A DNA stretch of 62,663 nucleotides, filler included, from an uncultured Myxococcia bacterium (lineage in GTDB: Bacteria; CAZTWC01), in assembly GCA_964617105.1 (NCBI GenBank). It is 11 parts of 11 records of this genome, joined end to end, with 100 filler letters (N's around TTAATTAATTAA, not from the genome) between each part and the next. Parts side by side here need not be neighbours in the genome. Positions count along the whole stretch, not along the records: positions 57,186 to 62,663 come from CAZTWC010000257.1; 10 more parts are not named here. The stretch is one strand, 5' to 3'. This document shows, in pieces, positions 58,442-62,663 of the stretch (the stretch's first letter is position 1; every line of letters starts with the position of its first letter). A program made the position numbers and the translations under genes. The notes under the pieces were generated by a model. The model did not search any database, was not told where the DNA came from, and worked only from the letters and a program-made list of their open reading frames with translations.

Positions 58442-59260
58442 TCAGCCATCTTTCTCTCCCAAAAGTTTTTGCGCTGCTTTTAAAGAATCGCTACCAGAAT
58501 ATTTTTTCTGCAGTTGAATGAGTATCTTTTGGGCGGCTTCTGTTTCTTCTCTTTTCAATTGAAGTTCCAGCAATTCCAACAAAATTTTTTCTTCGGGATA
58601 AATATCCGAATATTGATTTTTAATTATTTCCAACCGCCAGAGAGCGCCGGTATACTTTTTCTTTTTGCGGTAAAAATCAGCCACATAGTATTCAAAATCT
58701 GCCAATTTGCGGCGGCAAATACGGCGGTTATCTTTGGCTTCTTTGGTGTATTTACTCTGGGGATATTTTTCCAGCAGAAAATCAAAACTTCTTAGCGCAT
58801 TATGAGTAGCGGCCATATCTCTTTCGTATGAGGGAGGCAAAATCACCCAAAAATCGGCGGGCATTTGTTCAAAATAGGCCAGGCTGATCTTAAACAAAGC
58901 ATAGGGAATTTGTTCATGCTTTGGATGCATCCTGGTAAACATCTGATATTCATCTATGGCTAATAAAAAATCACCCTTTTTAAAGTAACAATCACCTATT
59001 TTCAACTCCGCTTTTACCGCATAAACCGAATAGGGAAACTGATTTTTTACCTGGTTAAAAGTTTTTATGGCACTGATGTAATTATTATCCTCAAAAGCCT
59101 CTAAAGCCTGCTGGTATTTTAGTTTGGCAGTTAGAGAATAGGAGCTTTTTTTCACACTCTTATCTACCTGAGAACAGTTTATCAATAATGTCAGGTAAAC
59201 CAGCAGACCTAAACTAAATGTCCATTTAGGAAATAAATTAATTTTCACTACTATCCTCAT
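58442..59260 (-). CDS. bamD: Outer membrane protein assembly factor BamD
   Basis: Lipobox LINC, FPYS.YA, F..MHP.H....YA, ERD, YP.SKY and LA..E.YVA.FY. Confidence 0.88.
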   Translation of the reverse strand: MRIVVKINLFPKWTFSLGLLVYLTLLINCSQVDKSVKKSSYSLTAKLKYQQALEAFEDNNYISAIKTFNQVKNQFPYSVYAVKAELKIGDCYFKKGDFLLAIDEYQMFTRMHPKHEQIPYALFKISLAYFEQMPADFWVILPPSYERDMAATHNALRSFDFLLEKYPQSKYTKEAKDNRRICRRKLADFEYYVADFYRKKKKYTGALWRLEIIKNQYSDIYPEEKILLELLELQLKREETEAAQKILIQLQKKYSGSDSLKAAQKLLGEKDG

Positions 59261-59272
59261 CGGCTCTATTTT

Positions 59273-59635
59273 TTATAAAAACGAGGCCACTTTTTTAACA
59301 AAATCATCAGGATCGCTGGTTTTGGGCATATATCCATCAGCATTGGTGTTTTTGGTCAACTGAATCAATTCATCTAATGGTATCGACGAGTGGTAAACCA
59401 TTTTTAGACCCGGATAGCGTTTCTTGATAATGGGGAGCAATTGGCCTCCTCCCAATCCGCCTTCCATCTCCACATCCATTAATATAAGGTGTGGAGCGAA
59501 ATTACCGATCATTGAGGTTAAAAGCCCCCAATTTTTACAGATTTGCACTTCATAACCTTTAGCCTGCAAATATTTTTTGGAGGCTGCCAATATCACATCA
59601 CTGTCGTCCACTATTAATATCTTTTTCTTTTCCAT
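59273..59635 (-). CDS. Single-domain response regulator
   Basis: ILIVDDS, LILMDVEM and ADGYMPK. Confidence 0.88.
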   Translation of the reverse strand: MEKKKILIVDDSDVILAASKKYLQAKGYEVQICKNWGLLTSMIGNFAPHLILMDVEMEGGLGGGQLLPIIKKRYPGLKMVYHSSIPLDELIQLTKNTNADGYMPKTSDPDDFVKKVASFL

Positions 59636-59920
59636 ATCTCTTTCCCTAAATATTTTTCAGATGTCATTTACAGTACCTACATAGAGAGAATCCAAAGTCA
59701 AGCTCAAAATCTTTGCCTAAATTTTGTGTCCATTTAAGAAATCCCTTTGGCGGCAAATTTGCACTGCGGTACAGTCGGTCAAAGTGGGGATGACAAATTT
59801 TATTATTGTGATTGTGATTATAATATTTTTCAATTATCCAGATACCGTGATATACTCTATCGATGATGGGTATGATATTAAACTTTGAAATATCTTTGAT
59901 TTTAGTTTTTGGAGATAAAA

Positions 59921-62101
59921 ATGGGTAAATTATTTTCTATAGTAGGTTTTTTAGCCCTTCTGGCGCTCATATCATGCTCCTCCGGCTCTGGTCAGGTTGG
60001 CAGTGGCGAAGAAGAGCAACTAGAAACCGTAGTGGTTCCAGAGGGAAAAAGCGATAACTTCTTTTCCAAATCCGCCAAAGAGTACTACCTGGAGGGGAGA
60101 ACCTCGGTTACTTTGGGGGAACAGTTTGCCGACGCCAACCCTGAGGAAAAAATCAAGCGGGTCAAGGAGTTGATCCCTCTGAAACAGGTTGTGATTGGCT
60201 GGTTCCTAAACCAATATGTAGCCCCAAAAAGCCACGATGCCAGCAACAAAGATTACGGTGGTTTTAATGCTCTAACCAAAAACGGCTCTTATGAAGATAT
60301 GGATATCCAGCAGGATGATAATTTGACCTTTAGTTTTACTTTTCGCCAGGAGATAGCTGGAAATAAATACTTGATTCAGCGTTTGCCTGCCCAAAAGGGT
60401 AATGATGGCCGGTTCTATTTCAAATTGGCAGTGGGCAAAATCTCCAATTACGAGATGACTCAGCTTAGGACCAACGAAGAATGGTATAGAAAGTCTCCCT
60501 GGAAAAGTTTTGATCCCAACAAGGTGGATGAATCAAAAATAGAGTGGCTCGAACTCACCATCTGGGAACAACCTAGAACAAAAGATGCCTGGATCGACTA
60601 TAACAAACTTTTTAGCGATGGGAAGTTGACCATTGGGATCCATTTTGGCTGGGACTATCATGATGAATACCATATAAAGCACTCCAAGGAGATCTATAAC
60701 TGGCTGCTGAGCATTGGATACAAATCGCCGGAGAGCACTATTGCCGAGTATGACCGGAACAGCGGCCCTTTGACCCGGACCATCAAGGCCAACGGCCAGG
60801 AAGTTGAGGTACAAATCAGCATCTATTGGGGAGAGAAGGGGAAAGAAACCGATCCTGATACCGATCTGGGCGGAAAAATCCTTGAAGAGGATATGATCCG
60901 GAGTTTTGCTACCCGGGAGGTGATCATTTTCAGCGGTCATTCTGGCCCTTTTTACGGTTTTGCCCTGGCAAACTGGAGAAAAACCTCTGAAGGCGACCTG
61001 GATGATGCCAAAATTCCCTTTTTACAGATGCCAAAGGAGGTCTACCAGGTGGTAATGGCTGACGGCTGCGAAACTTACGCCCTGGGTGAAGCTTTTTTCC
61101 TGAACAAATCCAAACCCGGCCTTTACAACCTGGATATTATCACCACCACCAATTATTCCAACGCTTCCTCCTCCTCCGCGCTCAAAAATTTAATATCTGC
61201 CCTGGCTGGCACCGAACAGAGAAGTGAAGATCATATAGCTATCACATACGGAGGACTGCTACTGGATCTGGGTCGTTCCACTTACCGGAATCCCGCCATG
61301 TACGGAATCCACGGCATTGATGACAATCCCCATGGCCACCCTTATGGCGTGGCGGCCAACCTCTGCCAGACCTGCAAACGGAATTCTGACTGTGGTGGCA
61401 AAGGCAACAAGTGCGTAAAAATAAATGGCGCCGAGAAAGTGTGCGCCTTTGAATGCACGGCCAATGATGGTTGCCCTACCGGGTATGGTTGCCGAAATGT
61501 AGCCCAGGGATATACCATTGAGTCAAAACAGTGCCTGCCAGTTAAACTGAGTTGCTATCAACAAAACAAACCAGAGGCGATAGAACCCCAGCAAAAAGAC
61601 GGATTGATGATCAATGAGGTTCTGGCCGATCCTCCCAACCGCAAAGATTCGGATCTAGTCGACCCCAATGGCGATGGAAAAATCACCGCCACCCAAGATG
61701 AGTTTGTGGAGATTTTCAACAGCGGCCAGGAAGATATAAACCTCACTGGTTTTATTCTGTCTGACCGGGTGATGGATCGCTTCACCTTTCCCGGTGGCGT
61801 CACCATAAAACCGGGCGAAGTAGTGGTGGTATTTGGTGGCGGCGATAGAGATCGATTTAGCGGTTTCCAGGGGATCCAGGTTTTTACCGCCTCTAATGGC
61901 CTGGGCTTGAGTAACAAAGGGGACATCGTAACCATTCGCGACCAGAAGGGTAATGTGGTAGACCAGGTGGTTTATGGCGCAGAAGGGGGAAAGAATCGCT
62001 CCCTTACCAGATCTGAGGACGGCCAACCTGACTCCACCATGGTCCCCCACCCCAATACCCCATTTTCTCCTGGAAAAAAGGCGGATGGCAGTGATTTTTA
62101 A
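59921..62101 (+). CDS. Lipoprotein with an unknown N-terminal domain, Cys-rich segment and C-terminal lamin-tail-like domain
   Basis: GGAG RBS, lipobox LISC, GKSD, FSGHSG, ADGCET, C..C....DC...C and INEVLADP...DEFVEI.N...LSN.GD...FSPG. Confidence 0.75.
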   Translation: MGKLFSIVGFLALLALISCSSGSGQVGSGEEEQLETVVVPEGKSDNFFSKSAKEYYLEGRTSVTLGEQFADANPEEKIKRVKELIPLKQVVIGWFLNQYVAPKSHDASNKDYGGFNALTKNGSYEDMDIQQDDNLTFSFTFRQEIAGNKYLIQRLPAQKGNDGRFYFKLAVGKISNYEMTQLRTNEEWYRKSPWKSFDPNKVDESKIEWLELTIWEQPRTKDAWIDYNKLFSDGKLTIGIHFGWDYHDEYHIKHSKEIYNWLLSIGYKSPESTIAEYDRNSGPLTRTIKANGQEVEVQISIYWGEKGKETDPDTDLGGKILEEDMIRSFATREVIIFSGHSGPFYGFALANWRKTSEGDLDDAKIPFLQMPKEVYQVVMADGCETYALGEAFFLNKSKPGLYNLDIITTTNYSNASSSSALKNLISALAGTEQRSEDHIAITYGGLLLDLGRSTYRNPAMYGIHGIDDNPHGHPYGVAANLCQTCKRNSDCGGKGNKCVKINGAEKVCAFECTANDGCPTGYGCRNVAQGYTIESKQCLPVKLSCYQQNKPEAIEPQQKDGLMINEVLADPPNRKDSDLVDPNGDGKITATQDEFVEIFNSGQEDINLTGFILSDRVMDRFTFPGGVTIKPGEVVVVFGGGDRDRFSGFQGIQVFTASNGLGLSNKGDIVTIRDQKGNVVDQVVYGAEGGKNRSLTRSEDGQPDSTMVPHPNTPFSPGKKADGSDF

Positions 62102-62132
62102 CAGAAATTGGCTACCATTTAGACAAAATTAG

Positions 62133-62663
62133 ATGAAACTGAATTTTACCAAACTGCAGGGCCAGGGCAACTTCTATTTTATCCGTCATGGCCAGAGCAT
62201 CTGGAATATTGACAAAAAAGTGCAGGGACGCAATGATGTCCCCTTAACCGAAAAAGGTGAAGAGCAAGCACGCGCCACTGGAGTGTGGCTCAAAGATAAA
62301 GATATCACTCACATCGCCACCTCTCCCTTATATAGATGCCGCCAAACCGCCGCCATAATTGGCAATGAAATTGGAGCCATACCAATAGAGTCCCGCCAGG
62401 AGTTGCTGGAGGTGGACACCTCAATTTTCAGCGGTCATTCGCTGGAAGAGGTGGCCGTGCTATATCCGGAACAGTGGGAAAATTTCATGCGCTATTCCTG
62501 GGAAGGCGTTGATGGTGCCGAAAAAATAGATTCGCTAAAAAAACGATGTATCGTCCATTGGCAATACTTAATGGATCTATTTAAACAGGGCAATCAAAAT
62601 ATCGTATCAATTACCCACGCCGGCTGCCTGCAGTGGCTGATTAAAGTCACCCTGGGGTCGGCT
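62133..62663 (+). CDS. Histidine phosphatase (phosphoglycerate mutase-like) family protein, runs off the window
   Basis: Not in the ORF track. MKLNF...YFIRHGQSIWN...QGRNDVPLT..G..QA, TSPL.RC.QTA and ITHAG. Confidence 0.9.
   Translation, partial: MKLNFTKLQGQGNFYFIRHGQSIWNIDKKVQGRNDVPLTEKGEEQARATGVWLKDKDITHIATSPLYRCRQTAAIIGNEIGAIPIESRQELLEVDTSIFSGHSLEEVAVLYPEQWENFMRYSWEGVDGAEKIDSLKKRCIVHWQYLMDLFKQGNQNIVSITHAGCLQWLIKVTLGSA

Overview
This is not one locus. It is 11 short contigs or scaffolds (about 5.5-5.8 kb, in decreasing length) joined by artificial 100-nt N/TTAATTAATTAA linkers, so adjacency across a linker means nothing. Gene content suggests a deltaproteobacterial, Myxococcota-like draft genome or MAG (inference). 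Contents: (A) two membrane glycosyltransferase-like genes, a GDPD, and a ThiS/MoaD gene divergent from larE. (B) A Cys/Asp-rich lipoprotein, an EF-G paralog, and tRNA-Leu/Lys followed by an att-like signature. (C) M16 peptidase, REC-HDOD, nucleoside phosphorylase-like, HEAT and PAS genes. (D) The distal half of a type III-A CRISPR-Cas locus: csm4-csm5-cas6-cas1-cas2-cas2, leader and first repeat. (E) Nucleoside salvage operon. (F) Broken fabF-rpiB-dCMP deaminase-nrdR-rib operon. (G) DUF62, comEC, a degenerate Fic and a cysteine desulfurase. (H) A His-Xaa-Ser RiPP-like cluster with four radical SAM enzymes and an unannotated precursor tail ...SHGSHGSHGSHGSHGSW*. (I) RND efflux, CheD-like and ispA. 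(J) Cytochrome b-YeeE-YeeE/rhodanese module plus GT4. (K) tRNAs, FHA protein, bamD, an LTD lipoprotein and a histidine phosphatase. The best candidate for an undescribed system is the four-radical-SAM His-Gly-Ser cluster at 40355-44771. All family calls come from motif recognition by eye; no searches were run.
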